From Daphnia carinata (Eukaryota), in contig NC_081332.1 in NCBI RefSeq assembly GCF_022539665.2, positions 620,001 to 684,000 on the forward strand: a DNA stretch of 64,000 nucleotides. Reading direction: 5' to 3'. The notes beneath the pieces are model-generated. The model worked only from the letters and a program-made list of their open reading frames with translations. It was not told where the DNA came from and did no database searches. A program made the translations under genes and the position numbers. Shown one piece after another: positions 13,401 to 39,152 of the stretch; the stretch's first letter is position 1, and every line of letters begins with the position of its first letter.

Positions 13401-14959
13401 TATTCACAGCAGCCCTCCTCCGAAAAATTTTGACTGACGAATTAACGTACAAGTTTATTCAGCTGGAATGAGGTTATTCAATTTTAATTTTACAAATTTA
13501 TTTGATATTGTTTTTTATAAGTTATTCACAATACACAACATTAGGTCACTATTGGTCGGCCTAGAGAAAATACTTATTTATTTGCTGATCTTTTAATTTC
13601 TCAGAAGCATGCTGTTTTTAGGAACAAAGGTAATCAATGGACGGTTGAAAGTGTTGTAAGTAATTGTAAGTAAGTAAGATAAACTGATAAACTTTTGCCA
13701 ATATTTCCATTCGACGGCAAATTGTTATACAAAAGTAAATCAAGTTCTCTGTTTTTTTCATATGAAATTTTTTTCACGCAGCAAAAAAATGTTGCGGAAA
13801 AATAATTTGGCATTTTTAAAAATCAATTCTTCCTCTCATAGAAAATCGTTCCGTCTAGTTGGGTTATGCATCCCGATCTCAAGCGATCTCCATTTCCAAC
13901 AGGCCAGTTAAACGCCCAGCATTGTCATTTCTCGCAAGTGTTCAAAACCTGGTTAGTATCTAATAGGGTTCGGGCTCTATTAGCTGAAACCAGAAAAACC
14001 GAAACGACTTATCCAAAAAATAGTAAATCGGCTGTTACCCAGGTAGGTACCCTTCCAGAGATTCGGTTGAACTCAAAATACCCGGTGAAACCTATTAACC
14101 AACCACCATGTTGGAAAATGGTGGATTAATAGTGCCAAATAGAAACATTTAAATACAATGATTTACTTCTATTATAAATTACTATTAGGTGCTTCCTCCC
14201 ATACAACATTTTTTTCCGACTCTCCATTTCCAGCAGCTTATGTTTCCTATTTTTCTTTGAATTATTAAAACCGGGAAACGTACGTCGCTAGATATCATTA
14301 AGCTGTCACTCGAGCAGACTCCGTTTTGCATTTCAAAACCTGTAATCTGTAAATAGGAAATTTTACCATTCAGCTGTTCAGCTCAGCAGACCAGATCATA
14401 ATAAAATGGCCCCCAAGTTGGGCTGATCTCTAATGTCGATTACCTGAGAACCGTTAAACTACACTGACCAACCCGAAAAATAGGCAATCAGTTATTACGG
14501 GAGTAGGTCTTGAATTGTTTTTGTACAGTGATCAGTCGAATCATTTAAAATTTTGATTCTAATAAATGGCATTGAAAATCACGGTTTCCGTAGAATGATA
14601 TATAAAAAAAACATATTTACTGGAACCTATTTTGTTACAAAATCTAAATTCAAGATCCAAATCAGAATTGAAAATCAAAGACAAATCATAATTTTGCCCC
14701 ACCCTAGAATTTTGTTTCAGATTTTAAAAATAGGCTCTATCCATTCCAACGGTGATTTCCACGACATACTGCTCCACGCTCCAAGTATGCGATATACTCT
14801 GTCCCTTGTAAACCTGTGATCGTGAACCATTGACAGCATAGCCGATTCAGTGGAGTAGTTTACATCGTAGGTGACGGATCAATAATTGCAGAAGTACAAA
14901 GCGAAGCGAATCATTTTCCGTTGTAAAGGCAGCTAGGTGGTGAGATGTGAATTTGTGAC

Positions 14960-16427
14960 ATGTCTCTCGAAGATCCATTTTTTGTTGTTAAAGAGTAAGC
15001 TTTCTTATATAACGATAACAATTAATCAAAGATCCTGCTACTCAACAGTCATTAACCATTAGCCAAAATTTATCTTTTATCAATAAAGTGAGGTCACAAA
15101 AGCCTTGAATCGCACAAGGGGTTTGTATCATCATTGGGAACACCTGCATAGAGAAGGTGTTGTTTTCTCCAAAGACGAAGTACAGAAAACCACAGCAGAG
15201 TTGAAAAATTCCATAAGGAGTATAGAGTGGGACTTGGAAGACCTTGAAGACACAATTGGTAAACTTCAATTCTACCATCTAAATCAATCACCGTTTTGAG
15301 CTAAAAAAAACTTACATATAGTACTTGGCTAGACTTGAGCAGTTTTCTTTTTTTTCTTCTTTTTTTTTCTCTTAGTTTTTCATTTCACTAAACATTGAAT
15401 TTCTTGGTTAGTAATGTAGCTTCAAAAAGAACAGATAAGAATTCATCATTTTGCTTCCCATTCTGCCATCATCTTTTTATCCTAAAAAAGGCTTACTTTG
15501 CAGTAGTCATTACTAATTTTCCTTTATTAAAGCAATTGTAGAAAAAAATCCTAGTCGATTTCGATTAAATAGTGCCGAAGTTGTCCAAAGGCGTTATTTT
15601 GTTCAGCAAACCAGAGACGAAATCGGAAGCATTAAAGAAAAACTTCAAATGATGAGGAGCCAAGATTTTGATCATTCTGCGAGAAAGGTCTGGCTCTTTT
15701 TTTGTGACGTGTACAATTATGGCGGCTACCAGGGTGTGCCCCTTGTAGTTTATTAACAGTAAATAATTTGTTTATGGATACGTATATCATTTTTTTGCCT
15801 TACATTTCAGCCGCTGCTCGAAAATGCAAGTCCGACGCGAAAGGCACCAAAAAACACGACCGCAGGGTACGTTCGCATCCCTATTGAGGTAAGGTTTCAT
15901 GCTACAATGACTCGCAAATTATGCTACTCAACTTAACATTTTAAAGGGAGATCGTGAGGATGACGATGATGAAAATCAAGTGAAAAGCATAGTACAGCAG
16001 CAGGCATCGTTAGTGAAACAACAGGATGAACAACTAGTCTTGATATCTGGATCCGTAGGTACTTTAAAGAGTATGTCACGACGTATCGGCCACGAACTAG
16101 ATGAACAGGCATTGTGAGTTTAGATTTAATAGCTGAAAATAGGCGCATCCGGCACTCTTTTGAAGGAAACTAATCACTGGGTTCTTCCTCAGAATACTTG
16201 ATGACATGGGTCATGAAATGGAAAACACAGAAACTAAGATGGATTCTACATTAAAGAAAATGGCCAAAGTTCTTCGCATGTCAAACGGTACCAATGAATT
16301 ATACAGTAGAGTATCAATTTGAGTAAACTCGTTTATAATTTGTTTACTAGATCGTCGCCAGTGGATGGCCATAGGAGTCTTAACGGGGTTGATGATTATC
16401 GTGATTATATTATTTTATGTTCTGTAA
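14960..16427 (+). CDS. STX6: Syntaxin 6 (Qc-SNARE), about 7 exons
   Basis: [11 protein letters not shown](D)[25 protein letters not shown] motif [30 protein letters not shown]-terminal [31 protein letters not shown] introns. Confidence 0.93.
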
Positions 16428-16699
16428 GGGTGTTGTCCTAGTTTATTGTGTCATTTGGAAATATTTCATTTTAGCTTTCTTGTATTCGAATTTGTTGTCG
16501 TTCAGAATTTATATTTATTCTAAGCAATATTTTAAATGAGTATTACATTTTTCCGATGTCCTGGTAGGCTAATGTTATTGGACAATCTGTCAAACTGTGT
16601 GCGTAAAGTTGCCGGACATGAATAGATTCTTATAGCGGGCAACTCATTCTGCATTCCACTTGTAAATTTTGTATTGTTCCATTTGCACGGTTTTACTGT

Positions 16700-18946
16700 T
16701 TACGTCTGAATCATCTTTTTGCAAGGATCGTATATATACCGTTTAAAACAAAGAAAAATTTTCACTTGCACATGTTTTTCTTCTGGGTTCAATGAATCTT
16801 GGGGTTTCCTTTTCTTGTTAAGGCCAGCTAACAGGGCCTGTGTTTCCTCCTTTAATCCTTCTAAAATTTAACCAAATCAGTTTCACATTTTACACAAGGC
16901 CATCGCAATAAGATGCAACTAATTACCCATCACACGAATTTTGACTTTGCCGCTCTGACCGAACGAACCTTCGATTATTCCCAATTCCCCAGTTGACAAG
17001 GTAACCTTCAAGTTCACGAAAGGTTGAACATTTGTCTCTTTTTTCAGTAAATTTTTGCCGATAACCTCGAATGGTGAGGCCATGCGTTCAACAATACCTT
17101 CCTGTTAAAATTTTTAGTTTTATATATTAAATTAAAAGTCGTATATGTCTTACTACTGTTTGACGAACATTCAGGATTTACTCACCCTCGTTTTTGTTTT
17201 ATAAACTTTAAGGCGCGCGAGATCCTCTCTATAGTTTTCGTTCCCAAAGATGAAATGAATATTGCATTTAAAAGCAATACGGCAAGCATTACTGTGAATA
17301 TCAGTGTCCAGCTTGGAACCGATTATCAAGCTTTTCGGAACAACAGGTATTGGGTGATCGAATTCTAAGAAGCCGAAGAAAAATTGCCCCCTGAAAGATA
17401 ATCAAATCAGCATTCTTATGTATCCTATAGAGATCTTGAATAATACGGATTAAAATGCGTCCTTACTTCGCTTCTGCTATTTCTTCACAATAGCAATGTT
17501 CCATTTCAAAATCAAGATTTTCACCTGCTGACTGAAAAAGATGCACTCGCGCCATGACTGTTTCGTGTCCGAGAGTAATATGGTATTTCGTCTTGTTCTT
17601 GATGGGTTGTTTGTAATAAACCACTTTATCTACATTTACTATTACTCCATAAGCCATCGGTAAAGCTCCGGGAGTACAAGCGATTCCCCTTTCCATTAAT
17701 TTTGGATCAAATTGCGTCACACATATTCCCAACCGGTCGCCTTGAAATGCATTGACAACTGCTTCATGAAACATTTGCATGGATTTGATTTTTCGCGATA
17801 GTTTTAACGTAGGAATCTCGATGGTCTGTAAATTGTACAACAAGATAAGTGAACTATCTTCTTATGCTGGATAATAGAATTCAACAATATTTTGCTAGTT
17901 TGCTGAAACACACAATATACTCACATCATTGACTGATATTTTCCCTTGCAACACTGTTCCAGTCATTACGGTTCCTTGTCCTTTTATGGAAAAGCAATGA
18001 TCAACTGAAAACAAGAAATTACCTAATGCATCCCGTTTTGGTATAAAGACAAGCTGTTTCAGGACTTCAATCAGGTTAGATATGCTAATAGATGCCAAGT
18101 CTGAAACATCAGAGAATGCTGACACTGGAACAATTGAGCAATTGTGGAATTTTGTGTTTTTCAGAGTCATGTGAATTTTTTTTGTCATCTAATTTAAAAT
18201 CGTGTTGCGAAGGTGGCAACCAAAACATATTAGTACAAGATGAGTGATGGATATAGTGCGATAATACCTTTTCAATTACTGGTTGCCGTTTGTTGTCAGG
18301 AATTAAATCAATTTTGTTTAGAACAACTACCATTTGGTTACAGGTGATTTCTCCAATAACTAAACATTCTGCTGTTTGTGTTTGTATTCCCTGATAAGCA
18401 TAAATATTTTCCATTGGCAATAATAATAATATTTGAATAACATGATTTTCTTTAATGGCATTAAATATTTTAGGGAGTAAATACCTTTGTGATGTCAATT
18501 ACCAACAACATCATGTCAATAATCTGGGCACCTATAAGTATGGATATGTAATAAATCAAATTTCACTTTTCTGGAAATATTGATAGAATATCAAATATCA
18601 ACAACCTCCAATGATTGTTTTAATAAGTGACGCATGTCCAGGGCAATCAACTGTTTACCATTATTGAACGTAGTTACTATCCTGTATGTATAAAATTGAA
18701 AATTTCATTTTTACCTAATGTAAACTGAAGTTTAGAATAGGTTTCCAAACTTTTCTCTTTAATATGCTCGGGTAATTCAACTGAAAAAGAGCTAAATCCT
18801 AAGTCAAGTGTGATTCCTCTTTCTTTTGACTGTGGGTTTTTATCAAAACAAGCCGTGCTGGCCACCGAACTCAAAGCTTTAACCAAGGTAGTCTTCCCGC
18901 TGTCAACATGACCCAAAACTCCTAAATTGAAATTAAGGATGGACAT
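16700..18946 (-). CDS. EEFSEC: Selenocysteine-specific elongation factor (spliced)
   Basis: NFNLGVLGHVDSGKT, FDKNPQSKERGITLDLGFS, VDCPGHASLIKTIIGG, GIQTQTAECL, LNKID, FSVDHCFSIKGQGTVMTGT, QGDRLGICVTQFD; ends RYIYDPCKKMIQT*. Confidence 0.95.
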
Positions 18947-19998
18947 CTTTTTTTTTATTGAGAAGTCAGCTATAATAATAATTTATTATAGTAAATTGTT
19001 TTTATTAGTAAAACCGACGAAACACATAAATCTTCTAAGTTTTCGTCAAGTTATCTTATTAATTTCATAATCCTGGAAGCAGCGTTGCACAATTAAACAA
19101 TGGAAACTATCACATTTCTTGATAGTTTATGAAAAATCTTTAAACCAAATAGCTTTTGGATAAAAAGAATTAAAAATTTTGCTGTTTGAATTGTTAAAAT
19201 TTTTTAAACTAAATTTCCGTTAGATTGATAATGTAGAATAATTCTTTGCTGGAAAGCCCTCAAGCTCAAGTTATGTACTACGATCATCTGTTCTTCTATA
19301 CTGTTGGTCAAACTGGCCAAGAACCGCTCTTCAAGGCAGTCAGCCCTGTTTGCTGTTGTCGTTCTGTCATGGCCGTTCTGTTCTAGATCGAGTTGCAACT
19401 TATTCGAGTACTATTTGAATTCTGAGTTTAGGAAACGCGTGTTCGTGCCAAAACTAAGTTACGAATCCGGTGAGTGAGGATTTTTTTTCATTCTACGACT
19501 TGTTTGTTTTTGCAGGGAACAAAATGAAAATTTCAAAAACAACATTTTACTGTAGGGATTTATCATTTACAAGCCAATGTGTTATGTTATGAAGCAAACA
19601 GTGTAAAAGCACAAATTAACACTGCATTACTATTTTGTATTTATTTTAATTTTCTTTTCTTTTGACAATGGGTTGAAACTCTGGAAACGATTAAACTTTT
19701 AACTTTTCGGGACGCAGCCGCAGGGTAAAGAAACTGAGAGTGGTACATTAACTTATTTGTTGCATTTCACTTTGGGGTTTGGGCATACAAGAACAGCAGC
19801 AGATGAACCATTTTTAGCCAGGGGCTACTTGGATTCGGTAGTGAAAAACGATAAGCAACTCCTGCTGTCGGGTTTTGCTTCGGTATCATTTGCTGACTGA
19901 AATGCCTTAACATCCGTCTGCTTGAAACTAACTGTAATGTTGTTTTCGTTCGGGTAGAAAAATAAAAGCATAAAAATAGAAGAGTTTCGCCTGACATA

Positions 19999-33017
<13,019 letters not shown>

Positions 33018-34151
33018 ATTATATTTTATAACACACGGATTGTTTGCTATTGTACAAATTGCAAATGAGTGGGAAGACGAAAGAATTCCCGTTCGTTGTT
33101 AAAGATTATGCGACGGGACAAATAATCTGTAACTGTTACCCATACGCATTGATATTTAATCTTTGTTCTGCTTTAAAAAGTTTAACTTTTTGAAATAGTA
33201 TAAAGAACAGCAATCGCACTCGTGCTTCCAATTTGTTGCATTTTTTATTACATTGCAAATTGGCTTATTCCTTCCATATATATTCTAGATTTTTTGACGC
33301 CTTAAGAAAACCTTAATGTAATAAGGACGATCCTCTCTTTGTTGTACCCACGCACCCTCTTTGTTTCTTCATTTTCATTGGATTAAAATTCATTACCGTC
33401 CGTAGAATGTCGGCTGGGTTTTAATATATAATCCGTTGACATGCAAGTATGCAGCATTGGGCTCAAAGCTTCGTAATTGCCAGGAGGCATACAGTGTCGA
33501 CCAGTGGTATTTGCTCACCCGAACATTAAACATGAACTTAAATAGGAAAGAAGGTATCGCGTGAAAATCTTAATCTCGAGAAGTAGGAGTGGCAAAAATA
33601 TGCCGTTTGTTACGATAAGGAAAAATAATGTTCTCTTACATTGAAAATATTTTTCTTTTTGTTCGTGATATCTGGAACTCTTGAATAGTTTTCAAGTATT
33701 TGCTCACTTTTTTCCCAATATGAAGTTTGTCCCTAACCGCGTTATACCTGAAGGTTATGGGCAAAGGCTTTTAACTAGACACATATCGCCTAAGGGTATG
33801 AACAAACTACGACACCGGAGAAAAAAAATTTTAGTGCGTCAATTTTCGCACAATACCCCTTTTCCCATACAAGTTCATGATTAATATTCGGGCGAGCAAA
33901 TACCTATGTTGGGCACAGTACACTTAATAATTTAGTGAACAATTAACCCTATCAAATACAACAACTGTGAAATGCGATTGCATTTAAGCGCTTTATTTCA
34001 AGTTTAGAGCAAAATTTTCTTCTTTCTACTTCTGTGCTCAGGTAGCATATCAACGTTGAAAAAAATGGAAAACGTTATCCCAGACAGCAAAGTTCCGTAT
34101 TTAAGACGTGACGTCATTTGTCCTAGCTTGTCCTAGTCTCCGGTAGGTCTC

Positions 34152-34580
34152 AGAAGAAAGAAGAAGAAGAAGAAGAAGAAGAAGAAGAAGAAGAAGAAGA
34201 AGAAGAAGAAGAAGAAGAAGAAGAAGAAGAAGAAGAAGAAGAAGAAGAAGAAGAAGAAGAAGAAGAAGAAGAAGAAGAAGAAGAAGAAGAAGAAGAAGAA
34301 GAAGAAGAAGAAGAAGAAGAAGAAGAAGAAGAAGAAGAAGAAGAAGAAGAAGAAGAAGAAGAAGAAGAAGAGAAGAAGAAGAAGAAGAAGAAGAAGAAGA
34401 AGAAGAAGAAGAAGAAGAAGAAGAAGAAGAAGAAGAAGAAGAAGAAGAAGAAGAAGAAGAAGAAGAAGAAGAAGAAGAAGAAGAAGAAGAAGAAGAAGAA
34501 GAAGAAGAAGAAGAAGAAGAAGAAGAAGAAGAAGAAGAAGAAGAAGAAGAAGAAGAAGAAGAAGAAGAAGAAGAAGAAGA
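34152..34580. repeat. (GAA)n microsatellite, ~430 bp
   Basis: Near-perfect, with one internal phase slip at ~34370. Confidence 0.98.
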
Positions 34581-34859
34581 GTAAGTCTTCCGACTTACAG
34601 CCGAACATCCAAATCCAAATCCAATTCCTTACCAAACATCCCTAAACTTATTATAAATCGTTAATGAGTTATTTCGTGAGTGAAATAAGTCTAGTTACAT
34701 GTGTTCACGGCCAGGCAAACGGTACCAGCAAACGAAACCCAATACTGAATCTACCCATCGGTGTAGTAGTTCCTTTTTGTAGAGAACAATGAAGCAAACT
34801 GTAATAAACGTTAATGATGTTTACCATATGCATGATTTTGCGCAAAATTACAACAACGG

Positions 34860-34947
34860 GCCTCTGTGGCGCAATTGGCTAGCGCGTTCGGCTGTTACGA
34901 ATTTCGTCGATACCGGAAGGCTGGTGGTTCGAGCCCACCCAGGGGCG
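34860..34947 (+). tRNA. tRNA-Asn(GTT) unit 1, 14-nt intron A
   Basis: 74-nt cloverleaf plus intron CGAATTTCGTCGAT (34898-34911) at 37/38. Confidence 0.92.
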
Positions 34948-35218
34948 ATGCAATGAAGTGCAAACAAATATGGACACTGCACACCGATTGCACTATCTTT
35001 TTTTGGAAGCTTCATAATTATTTGCCTATATCTTGGCCTAGTACTAAGTAATGGAAAACCACATATGCGCTAAATACAACCAGGCTGTCGTAAAGTTAGT
35101 TAATGTTGTCCCGTGGCATTCATGTCATTGATGTCAAACAAATTTGGTTGCCTTACAGACTTACAGATGGCGGTGACCTCACGAATCAATGAGTCAATCT
35201 TGTAAAATGCAAACCGAT

Positions 35219-35291
35219 TGTTCTCACCCAGGGTCGAACTGAGGACCTTCAGCGTGTAAAGCCGACGTGATAACCGCTACACTATGAGAAC
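35219..35291 (-). tRNA. tRNA-Val(TAC) unit 1
   Basis: GTTCTCATAGTGTAGCGGTTATCACGTCGGCTTTACACGCTGAAGGTCCTCAGTTCGACCCTGGGTGAGAACA folds as a cloverleaf. Confidence 0.92.
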
Positions 35292-35394
35292 GTTTAATTT
35301 ATGTCACCAGCAACGGTCTTAATCCAATCATGACGAAATCAGGAAATTCCAAATTAATAGTCGTCTTTCACATTTGCTTTTCACTTAAATGTCT

Positions 35395-35467
35395 TGTTCC
35401 CACCCAGGATCGAACTGAGGACCTTCAGCGTGTTAGGCCGACGTGATAACCACTACACTATGGGAAC
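35395..35467 (-). tRNA. tRNA-Val(AAC) unit 1
   Basis: GTTCCCATAGTGTAGTGGTTATCACGTCGGCCTAACACGCTGAAGGTCCTCAGTTCGATCCTGGGTGGGAACA folds as a cloverleaf. Confidence 0.92.
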
Positions 35468-35535
35468 GCATTTCAGACAACTATTACAGCCAAATATACC
35501 AACAGCAATTGACCTGATGAACATTCAACACTACT

Positions 35536-35608
35536 CGTACGAGGTGGGGGTCGAACCCACGACCAATTTATTACCAATCTTTTCCTCTAACGACTGAGCT
35601 AGCCAGGA
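35536..35608 (-). pseudogene. tRNA-Lys-like relic (repeated in units 1-19 at the same offset)
   Basis: GGCTAGCTCAGTCGTTAGAG and GGTCGTGGGTTCGACCCCCAC retained; acceptor and anticodon stems unpaired. Confidence 0.75.
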
Positions 35609-35936
35609 CACATGAACGATGAATCCTCTGTCAACCATGTATTTTTCGGTGTTTGAAATTTTCAGATTATCCGTCTAAAATCTAGTTTTCAACTTACCAA
35701 ACATCCCTAAACTTATTATAAATCGTTAATGAGTTATTTCGTGAGTGAAATAAGTCTAGTTACATGTGTTCACGGCCAGGCAAACGGTACCAGCAAACGA
35801 AACCCAATACTGAATCTACCCATCGGTGTAGTAGTTCCTTTTTGTAGAGAACAATGAAGCAATATGAAATCAAAACTGTAATAAACGTTAATGATGTTTA
35901 CCATATGCATGATTTTGCGCAAAATTACAACAACGG

Positions 35937-36024
35937 GCCTCTGTGGCGCAATTGGCTAGCGCGTTCGGCTGTTACGAATTTCGTCGATACCGGAAGGCTG
36001 GTGGTTCGAGCCCACCCAGGGGCG
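35937..36024 (+). tRNA. tRNA-Asn(GTT) unit 2, intron A
   Basis: As unit 1. Confidence 0.92.
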
Positions 36025-36295
36025 ATGCAATGAAGTGCAAACAAATATGGACACTGCACACCGATTGCACTATCTTTTTTTGGAAGCTTCATAATTATTT
36101 GCCTATATCTTGGCCTAGTACTAAGTAATGGAAAACCACATATGCGCTAAATACAACCAGGCTGTCGTAAAGTTAGTTAATGTTGTCCCGTGGCATTCAT
36201 GTCATTGATGTCAAACAAATTTGGTTGCCTTACAGACTTACAGATGGCGGTGACCTCACGAATCAATGAGTCAATCTTGTAAAATGCAAACCGAT

Positions 36296-36368
36296 TGTTC
36301 TCACCCAGGGTCGAACTGAGGACCTTCAGCGTGTAAAGCCGACGTGATAACCGCTACACTATGAGAAC
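36296..36368 (-). tRNA. tRNA-Val(TAC) unit 2
   Basis: Repeat copy. Confidence 0.9.
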
Positions 36369-36471
36369 GTTTAATTTATGTCACCAGCAACGGTCTTAAT
36401 CCAATCATGACGAAATCAGGAAATTCCAAATTAATAGTCGTCTTTCACATTTGCTTTTCACTTAAATGTCT

Positions 36472-36544
36472 TGTTCCCACCCAGGATCGAACTGAGGACC
36501 TTCAGCGTGTTAGGCCGACGTGATAACCACTACACTATGGGAAC
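36472..36544 (-). tRNA. tRNA-Val(AAC) unit 2
   Basis: Repeat copy. Confidence 0.9.
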
Positions 36545-37013
36545 GCATTTCAGACAACTATTACAGCCACATATACCAACAGCAATTGACCTGATGAACA
36601 TTCAACACTACTCGTACGAGGTGGGGGTCGAACCCACGACCAATTTATTACCAATCTTTTCCTCTAACGACTGAGCTAGCCAGGACACATGAACGATGAA
36701 TCCTCTGTCAACCATGTATTTTTCGGTGTTTGAAATTTTCAGATTATCCGTCTAAAATCTAGTTTTCAACTTACCAAACATCCCTAAACTTATTATAAAT
36801 CGTTAATGAGTTATTTCGTGAGTGAAATAAGTCTAGTTACATGTGTTCACGGCCAGGCAAACGGTACCAGCAAACGAAACCCAATACTGAATCTACCCAT
36901 CGGTGTAGTAGTTCCTTTTTGTAGAGAACAATGAAGCAATATGAAATCAAAACTGTAATAAACGTTAATGATGTTTACCATATGCATGATTTTGCGCAAA
37001 ATTACAACAACGC

Positions 37014-37087
37014 GCCTCTGTGGCGCAATTGGCTAGCGCGTTCGGCTGTTAACCGGAAGGCTGGTGGTTCGAGCCCACCCAGGGGCG
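37014..37087 (+). tRNA. tRNA-Asn(GTT) unit 3, intronless
   Basis: GGCTGTTAACCGG. Confidence 0.93.
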
Positions 37088-37358
37088 ATGCAATGAAGTG
37101 CAAACAAATATGGACACTGCACACCGATTGCACTATCTTTTTTTGGAAGCTTCATAATTATTTGCCTATATCTTGGCCTAGTACTAAGTAATGGAAAACC
37201 ACATATGCGCTAAATACAACCAGGCTGTCGTAAAGTTAGTTAATGTTGTCCCGTGGCATTCATGTCATTGATGTCAAACAAATTTGGTTGCCTTACAGAC
37301 TTACAGATGGCGGTGACCTCACGAATCAATGAGTCAATCTTGTAAAATGCAAACCGAT

Positions 37359-37431
37359 TGTTCTCACCCAGGGTCGAACTGAGGACCTTCAGCGTGTAAA
37401 GCCGACGTGATAACCGCTACACTATGAGAAC
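37359..37431 (-). tRNA. tRNA-Val(TAC) unit 3
   Basis: Repeat copy. Confidence 0.9.
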
Positions 37432-37534
37432 GTTTAATTTATGTCACCAGCAACGGTCTTAATCCAATCATGACGAAATCAGGAAATTCCAAATTAATAG
37501 TCGTCTTTCACATTTGCTTTTCACTTAAATGTCT

Positions 37535-37607
37535 TGTTCCCACCCAGGATCGAACTGAGGACCTTCAGCGTGTTAGGCCGACGTGATAACCACTACACTA
37601 TGGGAAC
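37535..37607 (-). tRNA. tRNA-Val(AAC) unit 3
   Basis: Repeat copy. Confidence 0.9.
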
Positions 37608-38076
37608 GCATTTCAGACAACTATTACAGCCAAATATACCAACAGCAATTGACCTGATGAACATTCAACACTACTCGTACGAGGTGGGGGTCGAACCCAC
37701 GACCAATTTATTACCAATCTTTTCCTCTAACGACTGAGCTAGCCAGGACACATGAACGATGAATCCTCTGTCAACCATGTATTTTTCGGTGTTTGAAATT
37801 TTCAGATTATCCGTCTAAAATCTAGTTTTCAACTTACCAAACATCCCTAAACTTATTATAAATCGTTAATGAGTTATTTCGTGAGTGAAATAAGTCTAGT
37901 TACATGTGTTCACGGCCAGGCAAACGGTACCAGCAAACGAAACCCAATACTGAATCTACCCATCGGTGTAGTAGTTCCTTTTTGTAGAGAACAATGAAGC
38001 AATATGAAATCAAAACTGTAATAAACGTTAATGATGTTTACCATATGCATGATTTTGCGCAAAATTACAACAACGC

Positions 38077-38163
38077 GCCTCTGTGGCGCAATTGGCTAGC
38101 GCGTTCGGCTGTTAGTGTAGGGTTGTTACCGGAAGGCTGGTGGTTCGAGCCCACCCAGGGGCG
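38077..38163 (+). tRNA. tRNA-Asn(GTT) unit 4, 13-nt intron B
   Basis: Intron GTGTAGGGTTGTT at 38115-38127. Confidence 0.9.
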
Positions 38164-38434
38164 ATGCAATGAAGTGCAAACAAATATGGACACTGCACAC
38201 CGATTGCACTATCTTTTTTTGGAAGCTTCATAATTATTTGCCTATATCTTGGCCTAGTACTAAGTAATGGAAAACCACATATGCGCTAAATACAACCAGG
38301 CTGTCGTAAAGTTAGTTAATGTTGTCCCGTGGCATTCATGTCATTGATGTCAAACAAATTTGGTTGCCTTACAGACTTACAGATGGCGGTGACCTCACGA
38401 ATCAATGAGTCAATCTTGTAAAATGCAAACCGAT

Positions 38435-38507
38435 TGTTCTCACCCAGGGTCGAACTGAGGACCTTCAGCGTGTAAAGCCGACGTGATAACCGCTACACTA
38501 TGAGAAC
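38435..38507 (-). tRNA. tRNA-Val(TAC) unit 4
   Basis: Repeat copy. Confidence 0.9.
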
Positions 38508-38610
38508 GTTTAATTTATGTCACCAGCAACGGTCTTAATCCAATCATGACGAAATCAGGAAATTCCAAATTAATAGTCGTCTTTCACATTTGCTTTTCAC
38601 TTAAATGTCT

Positions 38611-38683
38611 TGTTCCCACCCAGGATCGAACTGAGGACCTTCAGCGTGTTAGGCCGACGTGATAACCACTACACTATGGGAAC
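38611..38683 (-). tRNA. tRNA-Val(AAC) unit 4
   Basis: Repeat copy. Confidence 0.9.
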
Positions 38684-39152
38684 GCATTTCAGACAACTAT
38701 TACAGCCACATATACCAACAGCAATTGACCTGATGAACATTCAACACTACTCGTACGAGGTGGGGGTCGAACCCACGACCAATTTATTACCAATCTTTTC
38801 CTCTAACGACTGAGCTAGCCAGGACACATGAACGATGAATCCTCTGTCAACCATGTATTTTTCGGTGTTTGAAATTTTCAGATTATCCGTCTAAAATCTA
38901 GTTTTCAACTTACCAAACATCCCTAAACTTATTATAAATCGTTAATGAGTTATTTCGTGAGTGAAATAAGTCTAGTTACATGTGTTCACGGCCAGGCAAA
39001 CGGTACCAGCAAACGAAACCCAATACTGAATCTACCCATCGGTGTAGTAGTTCCTTTTTGTAGAGAACAATGAAGCAATATGAAATCAAAACTGTAATAA
39101 ACGTTAATGATGTTTACCATATGCATGATTTTGCGCAAAATTACAACAAGTG

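Noticed and set aside
34150..34635. Poly-Phe/Ser ORF
   Set aside because: Translation of the GAA microsatellite.
35536..35608. Functional tRNA-Thr(GGT)
   Set aside because: GGT sits at the anticodon position but the anticodon and acceptor stems do not pair.
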